From the NCBI RefSeq assembly GCF_003334785.1, contig NZ_QOWV01000012.1: a stretch of DNA of 64,000 nt; one strand, written 5' to 3'. The stretch comes from Escherichia coli (lineage in GTDB: Bacteria; Pseudomonadota; Gammaproteobacteria; Enterobacterales; Enterobacteriaceae). The position numbers and the translations under genes are program-made. The first letter of the stretch is position 1, and each line of letters opens with the position of its first letter. Under the pieces are notes generated by a model, which worked only from the letters and a program-made list of their open reading frames with translations, had not been told where the DNA came from and searched no databases. Positions 32,964 to 44,445 of this stretch are shown here, one piece after another.

Positions 32964-34286
32964 TTGTTTCTCGCACAAGAAATTATTCGTAAAAAACGTG
33001 ATGGTCATGCGCTAAGCGATGAAGAAATTCGTTTCTTTATCAACGGTATTCGCGACAACACTATCTCCGAAGGGCAGATTGCCGCCCTCGCGATGACCAT
33101 TTTCTTCCACGATATGACAATGCCTGAGCGTGTCTCGCTGACCATGGCGATGCGAGATTCAGGAACCGTTCTCGACTGGAAAAGCCTGCATCTGAATGGC
33201 CCGATTGTTGATAAACATTCCACTGGTGGCGTCGGCGATGTGACTTCGCTGATGTTGGGGCCGATGGTCGCAGCCTGTGGCGGCTATATTCCGATGATCT
33301 CTGGTCGCGGCCTCGGTCATACTGGCGGTACGCTCGACAAACTGGAATCCATCCCTGGCTTCGACATTTTCCCGGATGACAACCGTTTCCGCGAAATTAT
33401 TAAAGACGTCGGCGTGGCGATTATCGGTCAGACCAGCTCACTGGCTCCGGCGGATAAACGTTTCTACGCGACCCGTGATATTACCGCAACCGTGGACTCC
33501 ATCCCGCTGATCACCGCCTCTATTCTGGCGAAGAAACTGGCGGAAGGTCTGGACGCGCTGGTGATGGACGTGAAAGTGGGTAGCGGCGCGTTTATGCCGA
33601 CCTACGAACTCTCTGAAGCCCTTGCCGAAGCGATTGTTGGCGTGGCTAACGGCGCTGGCGTGCGCACCACCGCGCTGCTCACCGACATGAATCAGGTACT
33701 GGCCTCCAGTGCAGGTAACGCGGTTGAAGTTCGTGAAGCGGTGCAGTTCCTGACGGGTGAGTATCGTAACCCGCGTCTGTTTGATGTCACGATGGCGCTG
33801 TGCGTGGAGATGCTTATCTCCGGCAAACTGGCGAAAGATGACGCCGAAGCGCGCGCGAAATTGCAAGCAGTGCTGGACAACGGTAAAGCGGCAGAAGTCT
33901 TTGGTCGTATGGTAGCGGCACAAAAAGGCCCAACCGACTTCGTTGAGAACTACGCGAAGTATCTGCCGACAGCGATGCTGACGAAAGCAGTCTATGCTGA
34001 TACCGAAGGTTTTGTCAGTGAAATGGATACCCGCGCGCTGGGGATGGCAGTGGTTGCAATGGGCGGCGGTCGTCGTCAGGCATCTGACACCATTGATTAC
34101 AGCGTCGGCTTTACTGATATGGCGCGTTTGGGCGACCAGGTAGACGGTCAGCGTCCGCTGGCGGTTATCCACGCGAAAGACGAAAACAGCTGGCAGGAAG
34201 CGGCGAAAGCGGTGAAAGCGGCAATTAAACTTGCCGATAAAGCACCGGAAAGCACACCAACTGTCTATCGCCGTATCAGCGAATAA
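32964..34286 (+). CDS. deoA: thymidine phosphorylase
   Basis: 440-aa ORF (TTG start) [28 protein letters not shown]...; recognised DeoA. Confidence 0.96.
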
Positions 34287-34316
34287 CGGTATACTGATCT
34301 GATCATTTAAATTTGA

Positions 34317-35561
<1,245 letters not shown>

Positions 35562-35640
35562 TAATGGGTGCGGCTTGATGCCCTCACCCCGGCCCTCTCC
35601 CACAGGGAGAGGGTGAAAACATGTTGATAAGGATAAAACA

Positions 35641-36360
35641 ATGGCTACCCCACACATTAATGCAGAAATGGGCGATTTCGCTGACGTAGTTTTGATGCCA
35701 GGCGACCCGCTGCGTGCGAAGTATATTGCTGAAACTTTCCTTGAAGATGCCCGTGAAGTGAACAACGTTCGCGGTATGCTGGGCTTCACCGGTACTTACA
35801 AAGGCCGCAAAATTTCCGTAATGGGTCACGGTATGGGTATCCCGTCCTGCTCCATCTACACCAAAGAACTGATCACCGATTTCGGCGTGAAGAAAATTAT
35901 CCGCGTGGGTTCCTGTGGCGCAGTTCTGCCGCACGTAAAACTGCGCGACGTCGTTATCGGTATGGGTGCCTGCACCGATTCCAAAGTTAACCGTATCCGT
36001 TTTAAAGACCATGACTTTGCCGCTATCGCTGACTTTGACATGGTGCGTAACGCGGTAGACGCGGCTAAAGCACTGGGTGTTGATGCTCGCGTTGGTAACC
36101 TGTTCTCCGCTGACCTGTTCTACTCTCCGGACGGCGAAATGTTCGACGTGATGGAAAAATACGGCATCCTCGGCGTGGAAATGGAAGCGGCTGGTATCTA
36201 CGGCGTCGCTGCAGAATTTGGCGCGAAAGCCCTGACCATCTGCACCGTGTCTGACCACATCCGCACTCACGAGCAGACCACTGCCGCTGAGCGTCAGACC
36301 ACCTTCAACGACATGATCAAAATCGCACTGGAATCCGTTCTGCTGGGCGATAAAGAGTAA
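35641..36360 (+). CDS. deoD: purine nucleoside phosphorylase
   Basis: 239-aa [36 protein letters not shown]...; recognised DeoD. Confidence 0.96.
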   Translation: MATPHINAEMGDFADVVLMPGDPLRAKYIAETFLEDAREVNNVRGMLGFTGTYKGRKISVMGHGMGIPSCSIYTKELITDFGVKKIIRVGSCGAVLPHVKLRDVVIGMGACTDSKVNRIRFKDHDFAAIADFDMVRNAVDAAKALGVDARVGNLFSADLFYSPDGEMFDVMEKYGILGVEMEAAGIYGVAAEFGAKALTICTVSDHIRTHEQTTAAERQTTFNDMIKIALESVLLGDKE

Positions 36361-36392
36361 TTGTGTTTCGCTGAAAGGCGATTGTCGTGTTA

Positions 36393-36424
36393 AGCCGGAG
36401 TGGGAGACTGCTCCGGCTTTTAGT
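36393..36424 (+). terminator. Rho-independent terminator of the deo operon
   Basis: Hairpin AGCCGGAG-tgggagactg-CTCCGGCT followed by TTTTAGT. Confidence 0.8.
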
Positions 36425-36519
36425 ATCTATTCATCAATAGCAACTGATTTATAGATTTACTATTATTTTTCATATAGATAAAAAATAAAATACATTCAAG
36501 TATCTATTCACGAATCTAT

Positions 36520-36783
36520 TCATTTATGTTCAGCCGTCATCCAGGAAGGGCATATCAGCAACTCTGGTGGACAACCATAAATTTCTGCCATTTTGCTTTT
36601 GATGTTTGAGCTAAGCCGTTCCGTCTTTTCGATCTGTTTTAGAGAATTAATCGAGATACCTAACATTTTACTTACTTCAGCAAGCGATAATTTATGCCTG
36701 ATACGCACGGCGGCTAGCCAGGAAATACGCTGGCTGAACATTAAATTGATAATCTCCCGTTCCTGGTTTTCCAGATCGATCAT
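36520..36783 (-). CDS. orphan XRE-family helix-turn-helix protein (87 aa); possibly a truncated remnant of the K-12 yjjJ/hipH locus
   Basis: ORF MIDLENQEREIINLMFSQRISWLAAVRIRHKLSLAEVSKMLGISINSLKQIEKTERLSSNIKSKMAEIYGCPPELLICPSWMTAEHK has the XRE/Cro-type HTH pattern; ATG start 31 nt after lplA stop, same strand; no obvious RBS checked. Confidence 0.55.
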   Translation of the reverse strand: MIDLENQEREIINLMFSQRISWLAAVRIRHKLSLAEVSKMLGISINSLKQIEKTERLSSNIKSKMAEIYGCPPELLICPSWMTAEHK

Positions 36784-36814
36784 ATTTCCTTCCCTGGATA
36801 TTTTAATCAGCGAG

Positions 36815-37831
36815 TTACCTTACCGCCCCCGCTATCCACGTCGACAACTTCCGTAGCTCTTTTTCCTGGTCCGGGAAGTCAACCAACAGCGCTTCGCACT
36901 CTTGTTGCAGCATATCCGCGCGGTACAGGCAGCCTTGCAGTCGCCCGGCGAGGGCTTCCAGCGGCGCGGGGTTGAGGCTGTCGGTAAACACCTGGGCGCG
37001 GGTGATATGGCCTTTTTCAACGTCGAAATGCAGTTCCACGCCGCCCCAGCTAAAGCGTTCATCCAGCAGATGCGAGAATGCCGGAGCCTGACCGAAGTTC
37101 CATTCCCAGCTACTCTGACGGGCAAAGGTTTCGGCGAAGTTTGGCAAGTCTGGCGTTTTGTCCGGGGAGATGATTTCCGCTTCTACACGCTCGCCATAAT
37201 GGGCGAAAAAGGCCTTGGTTATGGCCTCGCAAACCTGCTCATGGGTGATCCCCGGCAGCAGCTCGGTGAGGTTGGTCACGCGGGAACGCACTGAGGTAAT
37301 GCCTTTCGCCGCCAGTTTCTTTTTATCCGGATTGAGATAGTTTGCCAGGCGGCTAAGGTCGGCATTGAGCAGCAAGGTGCCGTGGTGGAAGCCACGATCT
37401 TTGGTTTCGCGATAGGCCGATCCTGAGACTTTGCGGTCGCCTTCGGCGGTTTTCACCACCAGATCGTTACGCCCGGACGCTTCGGCGCTGACGCCAAGCG
37501 CGTTCAGCGCATTGAGCACAATCGACGTGGAGATGGTTTTATCGTACTCCGGCTTGCCAGCCATAAAGGTAAAGCAGGTATTGCCGAGATCGTGGAACAC
37601 CGCGCCGCCACCGCTACTGCGCCGTGCCAGGCGGACGTTATCTTCTTCCATCCGCCGGGTATTACACTCTTTCCACGGGTTCTGCGCGCGACCAATCACT
37701 ACCGTGTCGGCATTGCGCCAGAGAAACAGAACGCGCTGCGTGGCGGGCATCTGGCGAAAAATACACTCCTCCACCGCCAGGTTAAACCACGGGTCGTAAG
37801 AGTCAGAGATGAGCAGGCGTAATGTGGACAT
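36815..37831 (-). CDS. lplA: lipoate-protein ligase A
   Basis: 338-aa [28 protein letters not shown]...; recognised LplA. Confidence 0.96.
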
Positions 37832-37858
37832 AACGATTTCCTTTCTTGTAGTAATGGG

Positions 37859-38503
37859 TCACTCTTTTTTCTCGCTTTCTTCCTCTTCCGGCACCGGTTT
37901 GCTGGCGGTTAACAGGAAGGGCGATTGCTGCCAGCGGGTACGTTTACCCTGTAGCAGCGTGCGGGTCAGCACTACGCCGATTGCCAGTGAAAGCAGCAAC
38001 ATCAGGCGTAAAATGTTAGTGGTGTTATCCACCTGTTGGGCTTCGGTGGCGAGCGTATGGGTGTCGAGCGTCAGGCGCAGATAGCCGAGCGGTCCGTTTT
38101 TCCCGGCAATTGGTTCGACAATCTGCTGGTTAAAATAGCCGCCCGCTTTTTTACCGTCGAGCGCCAGCCGGTCGCGCACTTCGACGCTTTCGCCAGAACG
38201 GGCGATAAGATCGCCTTGTTCGTCATACACGCCCGCGTCGAGGATACGGCTTTCATCCGTTAACTGATCGAGGATCGCCTGAATGCGTTTTTCATCCGGC
38301 GAGTCGGTACGCATCAGCGGTGCAACGTTCAGCGTTACCTGACGCGCCAGGGTGCGGGCCAGTTCTTCCAGCTGTGGATTACGTTGTCGCTGGTGGTTTT
38401 GACTAAACCATGACGCTCCCTGCATCAGCGCCACTAACAAGGCAAGACAGAACAGGACAATCACTGCCCGATGCAGCCGGAATTTCAGTTTTGTGCGAGC
38501 CAT
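37859..38503 (-). CDS. smp: membrane protein Smp (YtjB)
   Basis: 214-aa ORF with N-terminal TM segment; conserved neighbour of lplA and serB. Confidence 0.88.
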   Translation of the reverse strand: MARTKLKFRLHRAVIVLFCLALLVALMQGASWFSQNHQRQRNPQLEELARTLARQVTLNVAPLMRTDSPDEKRIQAILDQLTDESRILDAGVYDEQGDLIARSGESVEVRDRLALDGKKAGGYFNQQIVEPIAGKNGPLGYLRLTLDTHTLATEAQQVDNTTNILRLMLLLSLAIGVVLTRTLLQGKRTRWQQSPFLLTASKPVPEEEESEKKE

Positions 38504-38608
38504 CTTCCACCCTTTGAAAATTTGAGACTTAATGTTGCCAGAAGCAATGGATACAAGGTAGCCTCATGCGTTATTTTCCCTGCTTCGAACGATTTTACAG
38601 GAGCCTTA

Positions 38609-39577
38609 ATGCCTAACATTACCTGGTGCGACCTGCCTGAAGATGTCTCTTTATGGCCGGGTCTGCCTCTTTCATTAAGTGGTGATGAAGTGATGCCACT
38701 GGATTACCACGCAGGTCGTAGCGGCTGGCTGCTGTATGGTCGTGGGCTGGATAAACAGCGTCTGACCCAATACCAGAGCAAACTGGGTGCGGCGATGGTG
38801 ATTGTTACCGCCTGGTGCGTGGAAGATTATCAGGTGATTCGTCTGGCAGGTTCACTCACCGCACGGGCTACGCGCCTGGCCCATGAAGCGCAACTGGATG
38901 TCGCCCCGCTGGGGAAAATCCCGCACCTGCGCACGCCGGGTTTGCTGGTGATGGACATGGATTCCACCGCCATCCAGATTGAATGTATTGATGAAATTGC
39001 CAAACTGGCCGGAACGGGCGAGATGGTGGCGGAAGTAACCGAACGGGCGATGCGCGGCGAACTCGATTTTACCGCCAGCCTGCGCAGCCGCGTGGCGACG
39101 CTGAAAGGCGCTGACGCCAATATTCTGCAACAGGTGCGTGAAAATCTGCCGCTGATGCCAGGCTTAACGCAACTGGTGCTCAAGCTGGAAACGCTGGGCT
39201 GGAAAGTGGCGATTGCCTCCGGCGGCTTTACTTTCTTTGCTGAATATCTGCGCGACAAGTTGCGCCTGACCGCCGTGGTAGCCAATGAACTGGAGATCAT
39301 GGACGGTAAATTTACCGGCAATGTGATCGGCGACATCGTAGACGCGCAGTACAAAGCGAAAACTCTGACTCGCCTCGCGCAGGAGTATGAAATCCCGCTG
39401 GCGCAGACCGTGGCGATTGGCGATGGAGCCAATGACCTGCCGATGATCAAAGCGGCAGGGCTGGGGATTGCCTACCATGCCAAGCCAAAAGTGAATGAAA
39501 AGGCGGAAGTCACCATCCGTCACGCTGACCTGATGGGGGTATTCTGCATCCTCTCAGGCAGCCTGAATCAGAAGTAA
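38609..39577 (+). CDS. serB: phosphoserine phosphatase (HAD)
   Basis: ORF 38471..39577; start at MPNITWCDLPEDVSLWPGL (322 aa); HAD motif I DMDSTAI. Confidence 0.95.
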   Translation: MPNITWCDLPEDVSLWPGLPLSLSGDEVMPLDYHAGRSGWLLYGRGLDKQRLTQYQSKLGAAMVIVTAWCVEDYQVIRLAGSLTARATRLAHEAQLDVAPLGKIPHLRTPGLLVMDMDSTAIQIECIDEIAKLAGTGEMVAEVTERAMRGELDFTASLRSRVATLKGADANILQQVRENLPLMPGLTQLVLKLETLGWKVAIASGGFTFFAEYLRDKLRLTAVVANELEIMDGKFTGNVIGDIVDAQYKAKTLTRLAQEYEIPLAQTVAIGDGANDLPMIKAAGLGIAYHAKPKVNEKAEVTIRHADLMGVFCILSGSLNQK

Positions 39578-39625
39578 TTGCTCGCCCGCCATCCTGCGGG
39601 CGGCACAGCATTAACGAGGTACACC

Positions 39626-41008
39626 GTGGCAAAAGCTCCAAAACGCGCCTTTGTTTGTAATGAATGCGGGGCCGATTATCCGCGCTGGCAGGGGCAGTGC
39701 AGTGCCTGTCATGCCTGGAACACCATCACCGAGGTGCGTCTTGCTGCGTCGCCAACGGTGGCGCGTAACGAGCGTCTCAGCGGCTATGCCGGTAGCGCCG
39801 GGGTGGCAAAAGTCCAGAAACTCTCCGATATCAGCCTTGAAGAGCTGCCGCGTTTTTCCACCGGATTTAAAGAGTTCGACCGCGTACTAGGCGGCGGCGT
39901 GGTGCCAGGAAGTGCCATTCTGATTGGCGGTAACCCTGGTGCGGGGAAATCCACGCTGTTGCTGCAAACGCTGTGCAAACTGGCCCAGCAGATGAAAACG
40001 CTGTATGTCACCGGCGAAGAGTCGCTGCAACAGGTGGCAATGCGCGCTCATCGCCTTGGCCTGCCGACTGACAATCTCAATATGTTGTCGGAAACCAGCA
40101 TCGAGCAGATCTGCCTGATTGCCGAAGAAGAGCAACCGAAGCTGATGGTAATTGACTCGATCCAGGTGATGCATATGGCGGATGTACAGTCATCGCCTGG
40201 CAGCGTGGCGCAGGTGCGTGAAACGGCGGCTTATCTGACGCGCTTCGCCAAAACGCGCGGTGTGGCGATTGTCATGGTTGGGCACGTAACCAAAGATGGC
40301 TCGCTGGCTGGCCCTAAAGTGCTGGAACACTGTATCGACTGTTCGGTGCTTCTGGATGGTGATGCCGACTCCCGTTTTCGCACCTTGCGCAGCCATAAAA
40401 ACCGCTTCGGCGCGGTGAATGAGCTGGGCGTCTTCGCGATGACCGAACAGGGGCTGCGTGAAGTCAGCAACCCTTCGGCAATTTTCTTAAGTCGCGGAGA
40501 TGAAGTGACCTCCGGCAGCTCCGTGATGGTGGTGTGGGAAGGAACGCGTCCGTTGCTGGTGGAGATTCAGGCGCTGGTCGATCACTCGATGATGGCGAAT
40601 CCGCGCCGCGTGGCAGTGGGGCTGGAACAAAACCGTCTGGCAATCCTGCTGGCTGTCTTGCACCGTCACGGTGGTCTGCAAATGGCCGATCAGGATGTAT
40701 TTGTGAACGTGGTCGGCGGCGTGAAGGTAACCGAAACCAGTGCCGATTTAGCTTTACTGCTGGCGATGGTTTCCAGCCTGCGTGACAGACCGCTGCCACA
40801 GGATCTGGTGGTGTTTGGTGAAGTCGGGCTGGCAGGGGAGATCCGCCCGGTGCCCAGCGGTCAGGAACGAATTTCAGAAGCGGCGAAACACGGTTTTCGC
40901 CGGGCGATTGTTCCGGCGGCTAACGTACCGAAAAAAGCGCCGGAAGGGATGCAGATTTTTGGCGTTAAAAAACTCTCCGACGCGCTTAGCGTGTTCGACG
41001 ACTTATAA
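39626..41008 (+). CDS. radA: DNA repair protein RadA/Sms
   Basis: ORF 39578..41008; GTG start giving AKAPKRAFVCNECGADYPRWQGQCSACHAWN (Zn finger), Walker A GGNPGAGKST, Lon-like C-terminal domain. Confidence 0.96.
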   Translation: MAKAPKRAFVCNECGADYPRWQGQCSACHAWNTITEVRLAASPTVARNERLSGYAGSAGVAKVQKLSDISLEELPRFSTGFKEFDRVLGGGVVPGSAILIGGNPGAGKSTLLLQTLCKLAQQMKTLYVTGEESLQQVAMRAHRLGLPTDNLNMLSETSIEQICLIAEEEQPKLMVIDSIQVMHMADVQSSPGSVAQVRETAAYLTRFAKTRGVAIVMVGHVTKDGSLAGPKVLEHCIDCSVLLDGDADSRFRTLRSHKNRFGAVNELGVFAMTEQGLREVSNPSAIFLSRGDEVTSGSSVMVVWEGTRPLLVEIQALVDHSMMANPRRVAVGLEQNRLAILLAVLHRHGGLQMADQDVFVNVVGGVKVTETSADLALLLAMVSSLRDRPLPQDLVVFGEVGLAGEIRPVPSGQERISEAAKHGFRRAIVPAANVPKKAPEGMQIFGVKKLSDALSVFDDL

Positions 41009-41028
41009 TGAGAGATACGGAGGGAGAT

Positions 41029-42261
41029 ATGTCGTCATTTGATTACCTGAAAACTGCCATCAAGCAACAGGGCTGCACGCTACAGCAGGTAGCTGATGCC
41101 AGCGGTATGACCAAAGGGTATTTAAGCCAGTTACTGAATGCCAAAATTAAAAGCCCCAGCGCGCAAAAGCTGGAGGCGTTGCACCGTTTTTTGGGGCTTG
41201 AATTTCCCCGACAGAAGAAAACCATTGGTGTCGTATTCGGTAAGTTCTACCCGCTGCATACCGGACATATCTACCTTATCCAGCGCGCCTGTAGCCAGGT
41301 TGACGAGCTGCATATCATTATGGGTTTTGACGATACCCGCGACCGCGCGTTGTTTGAAGACAGCGCCATGTCGCAGCAGCCCACGGTGCCGGATCGTCTG
41401 CGCTGGTTATTACAAACTTTTAAATATCAGAAAAATATTCGCATTCATGCTTTCAACGAAGAGGGCATGGAGCCGTATCCGCACGGCTGGGATGTGTGGA
41501 GCAACGGCATCAAAAAGTTTATGGCTGAAAAGGGGATTCAGCCGGACCTGATCTACACCTCGGAAGAAGCCGATGCGCCACAGTATATGGAACATCTGGG
41601 GATCGATACGGTGCTGGTCGATCCGAAACGTACCTTTATGAGTATCAGCGGTGCGCAGATCCGCGAAAACCCGTTCCGCTACTGGGAATATATTCCTACG
41701 GAAGTGAAGCCGTTCTTTGTGCGTACCGTGGCGATCCTTGGCGGCGAGTCGAGCGGTAAATCCACCCTGGTAAACAAACTTGCCAATATCTTCAATACCA
41801 CCAGTGCGTGGGAATATGGTCGCGATTATGTCTTTTCACACCTCGGCGGTGATGAGATCGCATTGCAGTATTCCGACTACGATAAAATCGCGCTGGGCCA
41901 CGCACAATACATTGATTTTGCAGTGAAATACGCCAATAAAGTGGCGTTTATTGACACTGATTTTGTCACTACCCAGGCGTTCTGCAAAAAGTACGAAGGG
42001 CGTGAGCATCCGTTCGTGCAGGCGTTGATTGATGAATACCGTTTCGATCTGGTGATCCTGCTGGAGAACAACACGCCGTGGGTGGCGGATGGTTTACGCA
42101 GCCTCGGCAGTTCGGTGGATCGCAAAGAGTTCCAGAACTTGCTGGTGGAGATGCTGGAAGAGAACAATATCGAATTCGTGCGGGTTGAAGAGGACGATTA
42201 TGACAGCCGTTTCCTGCGCTGCGTGGAGCTGGTGCGGGAGATGATGGGGGAGCAGAGATAA
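41029..42261 (+). CDS. nadR: trifunctional NAD biosynthesis/regulator protein NadR (HTH + NMN adenylyltransferase + ribosylnicotinamide kinase)
   Basis: ORF 41008..42261; start at MSSFDYLKTAIKQQGCTLQQVADASGMTKGYLSQLLN (410 aa); Walker A GGESSGKST. Confidence 0.95.
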   Translation: MSSFDYLKTAIKQQGCTLQQVADASGMTKGYLSQLLNAKIKSPSAQKLEALHRFLGLEFPRQKKTIGVVFGKFYPLHTGHIYLIQRACSQVDELHIIMGFDDTRDRALFEDSAMSQQPTVPDRLRWLLQTFKYQKNIRIHAFNEEGMEPYPHGWDVWSNGIKKFMAEKGIQPDLIYTSEEADAPQYMEHLGIDTVLVDPKRTFMSISGAQIRENPFRYWEYIPTEVKPFFVRTVAILGGESSGKSTLVNKLANIFNTTSAWEYGRDYVFSHLGGDEIALQYSDYDKIALGHAQYIDFAVKYANKVAFIDTDFVTTQAFCKKYEGREHPFVQALIDEYRFDLVILLENNTPWVADGLRSLGSSVDRKEFQNLLVEMLEENNIEFVRVEEDDYDSRFLRCVELVREMMGEQR

Positions 42262-42403
42262 CCGCGATGAAACGGCTCAAAGGCGAGGTATAAAATAAGT
42301 TTTTTGATGAGTTGAAAACCTTTCTGGAAGAGGCTGTCGAGATTAAACAAGGTTTGAAAAAACCTGCACGGGTGACCCGCTACGAAATTGCGGATACTAA
42401 GGC

Positions 42404-42560
42404 TGTTGTAGGCCGGAAAAGGCGTTCACGCCGTATCCGGCATTCGGTGCTCAATGCCTGATGCGACGCTTACCGCGTCTTATCAGGCCTGGAGATTCAC
42501 AACGTATTGAAATTTCTTGGTTTGTAGGCCGGATAAGGCGTTCACGCCGCATCCGGCATT
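42404..42560. repeat. REP/BIME palindromic elements between nadR and ettA
   Basis: Three REP units (GTAGGCCGGAAAAGGCGTTCACGCCGTATCCGGCA; GCCTGATGCGACGCTTACCGCGTCTTATCAGGCCT; GTAGGCCGGATAAGGCGTTCACGCCGCATCCGGCA). Confidence 0.88.
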
Positions 42561-42567
42561 TTACGCA

Positions 42568-44235
42568 TTACTTCGCAATACGCTTGTACTTGATACGCTT
42601 CGGCTCCAGTGCGTCTGCGCCCAGCGTGCGTTTCTTGTACTCTTCGTACTCAGTAAAGTTACCTTCGAAGAACTCAACTTTACCTTCATCCTGGTAGTCC
42701 AGGATGTGCGTGGCGATACGGTCGAGGAACCAACGGTCGTGCGAGATAACCATCGCACAGCCCGGGAACTCCAGCAGGGCGTTTTCCAGCGCGCGCAGGG
42801 TTTCGATATCCAGGTCGTTGGTTGGTTCGTCGAGCAGCAGCATGTTGCCGCCAACCTGCAGCAGCTTCGCCAGATGCAGACGACCGCGCTCACCACCGGA
42901 AAGTTCACCAACGCGTTTACCCTGATCAACCCCTTTAAAGTTAAAGCGGCCAACGTAGGCGCGGCTTGGCATCTCGGTGTTGCCGATCTTCATAATATCC
43001 AGCCCGCCGGAAACTTCTTCCCAAACGGTTTTGCTGTTATCCATTGAGTCACGGAACTGATCAACCGATGCCAGTTTCACCGTTTCACCTAAAGTGATGG
43101 TGCCGCTGTCCGGCTGTTCCTGACCAGAGATCATACGGAACAGGGTCGATTTACCCGCGCCGTTCGGACCGATGATCCCGACGATTGCCCCTTTTGGGAT
43201 CGAGAAGCTCAGGTCATCAATCAGCAGGCGATCACCGTAGGATTTACGCAGGTTGCTGACTTCCAGCACTTTATCGCCCAGACGCGGTCCAGGTGGAATA
43301 AACAGTTCGTTGGTTTCGTTACGTTTCTGATATTCGGTGCTGTTCAGCTCTTCAAAGCGTGCCAGACGTGCTTTACCTTTCGACTGGCGGCCTTTAGTTC
43401 CCTGACGTACCCACTCCAGCTCTTTCTCGATCGACTTACGACGCGCCGCTTCTTGTGAAGCTTCCTGCGCCAGGCGCTGATCTTTCTGCTCCAGCCAGGA
43501 GGAGTAGTTGCCTTCCCACGGAATACCTTCACCGCGGTCAAGTTCGAGGATCCAGCCTGCAACGTTATCGAGGAAGTAACGGTCGTGGGTAATCGCCACC
43601 ACGGTGCCCTCGAAGTCGTGCAGGAAGCGTTCCAGCCAGGCCACGGATTCGGCATCCAGGTGGTTGGTCGGTTCGTCGAGCAGCAGCATGTCTGGTTTTT
43701 CCAGCAGCAGGCGGCACAACGCTACGCGACGACGCTCACCACCGGAGAGGTTAGCGATTTTCGCGTCCCAGTCCGGCAGACGTAGCGCATCCGCCGCACG
43801 CTCCAGCTGTACGTTCAGGTTATGACCGTCGTGAGCCTGAATGATCTCTTCCAGACGGCCTTGTTCAGCGGCCAGCTTGTCAAAATCGGCATCCGGATCG
43901 GCGTACAGCGCATACACTTCATCCAGGCGTTTCAGGGCGTTAACCACTTCAGAAACCGCTTCTTCAATGGACTCACGCACGGTGTGTTCCGGGTTCAGCT
44001 GCGGTTCCTGCGGCAGGTAACCAATCTTGATGTCTGGCTGCGGACGCGCTTCACCTTCGATGTCTTTATCAATGCCCGCCATAATGCGCAGCAGGGTAGA
44101 CTTACCCGCGCCGTTCAGACCCAGGACACCAATTTTTGCCCCAGGGAAGAAACTCAGAGAGATGTTTTTCAAAATATGACGTTTCGGCGGAACAACTTTG
44201 CCGACACGATGCATGGTATAAACGAATTGAGCCAC
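42568..44235 (-). CDS. ettA: energy-dependent translational throttle protein EttA (ABC-F ATPase)
   Basis: 555-aa ORF MAQFVYTMHRVGKVVPPKRHILKNISLSF..., two ABC cassettes (GLNGAGKST, GPNGAGKST; LSGGERRR, LSGGERGR); GTG start. Confidence 0.96.
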   Translation of the reverse strand: MAQFVYTMHRVGKVVPPKRHILKNISLSFFPGAKIGVLGLNGAGKSTLLRIMAGIDKDIEGEARPQPDIKIGYLPQEPQLNPEHTVRESIEEAVSEVVNALKRLDEVYALYADPDADFDKLAAEQGRLEEIIQAHDGHNLNVQLERAADALRLPDWDAKIANLSGGERRRVALCRLLLEKPDMLLLDEPTNHLDAESVAWLERFLHDFEGTVVAITHDRYFLDNVAGWILELDRGEGIPWEGNYSSWLEQKDQRLAQEASQEAARRKSIEKELEWVRQGTKGRQSKGKARLARFEELNSTEYQKRNETNELFIPPGPRLGDKVLEVSNLRKSYGDRLLIDDLSFSIPKGAIVGIIGPNGAGKSTLFRMISGQEQPDSGTITLGETVKLASVDQFRDSMDNSKTVWEEVSGGLDIMKIGNTEMPSRAYVGRFNFKGVDQGKRVGELSGGERGRLHLAKLLQVGGNMLLLDEPTNDLDIETLRALENALLEFPGCAMVISHDRWFLDRIATHILDYQDEGKVEFFEGNFTEYEEYKKRTLGADALEPKRIKYKRIAK

Positions 44236-44445
44236 GTTGGACTTCGCCTCTATGTTTATCGTGATGATGAGTTTTCAAAGGCGAAGTGTAGCCTTTTTCC
44301 CCGCCTAATCCCAGTTGGTCGATCACCTTCGCAGTAAAAGTAAAAAAGTGTCCGTAACGTGGCGTAAACGGCAATGACTGGTTAGCATAAATCTATTACG
44401 CGGCATGACGCTGCATTGATGTATTTACACTTAGAGGATGCGCTT

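Noticed and set aside
36593-36856. 87-aa plus-strand ORF in the deoD-lplA interval
   Set aside because: Mirror-frame artefact antisense to the XRE HTH ORF and overlapping the lplA 3-prime end; low-complexity translation with no recognisable domain.
38830-39450. 206-aa minus-strand ORF
   Set aside because: Antisense to serB; Ser/Arg-rich low-complexity translation.
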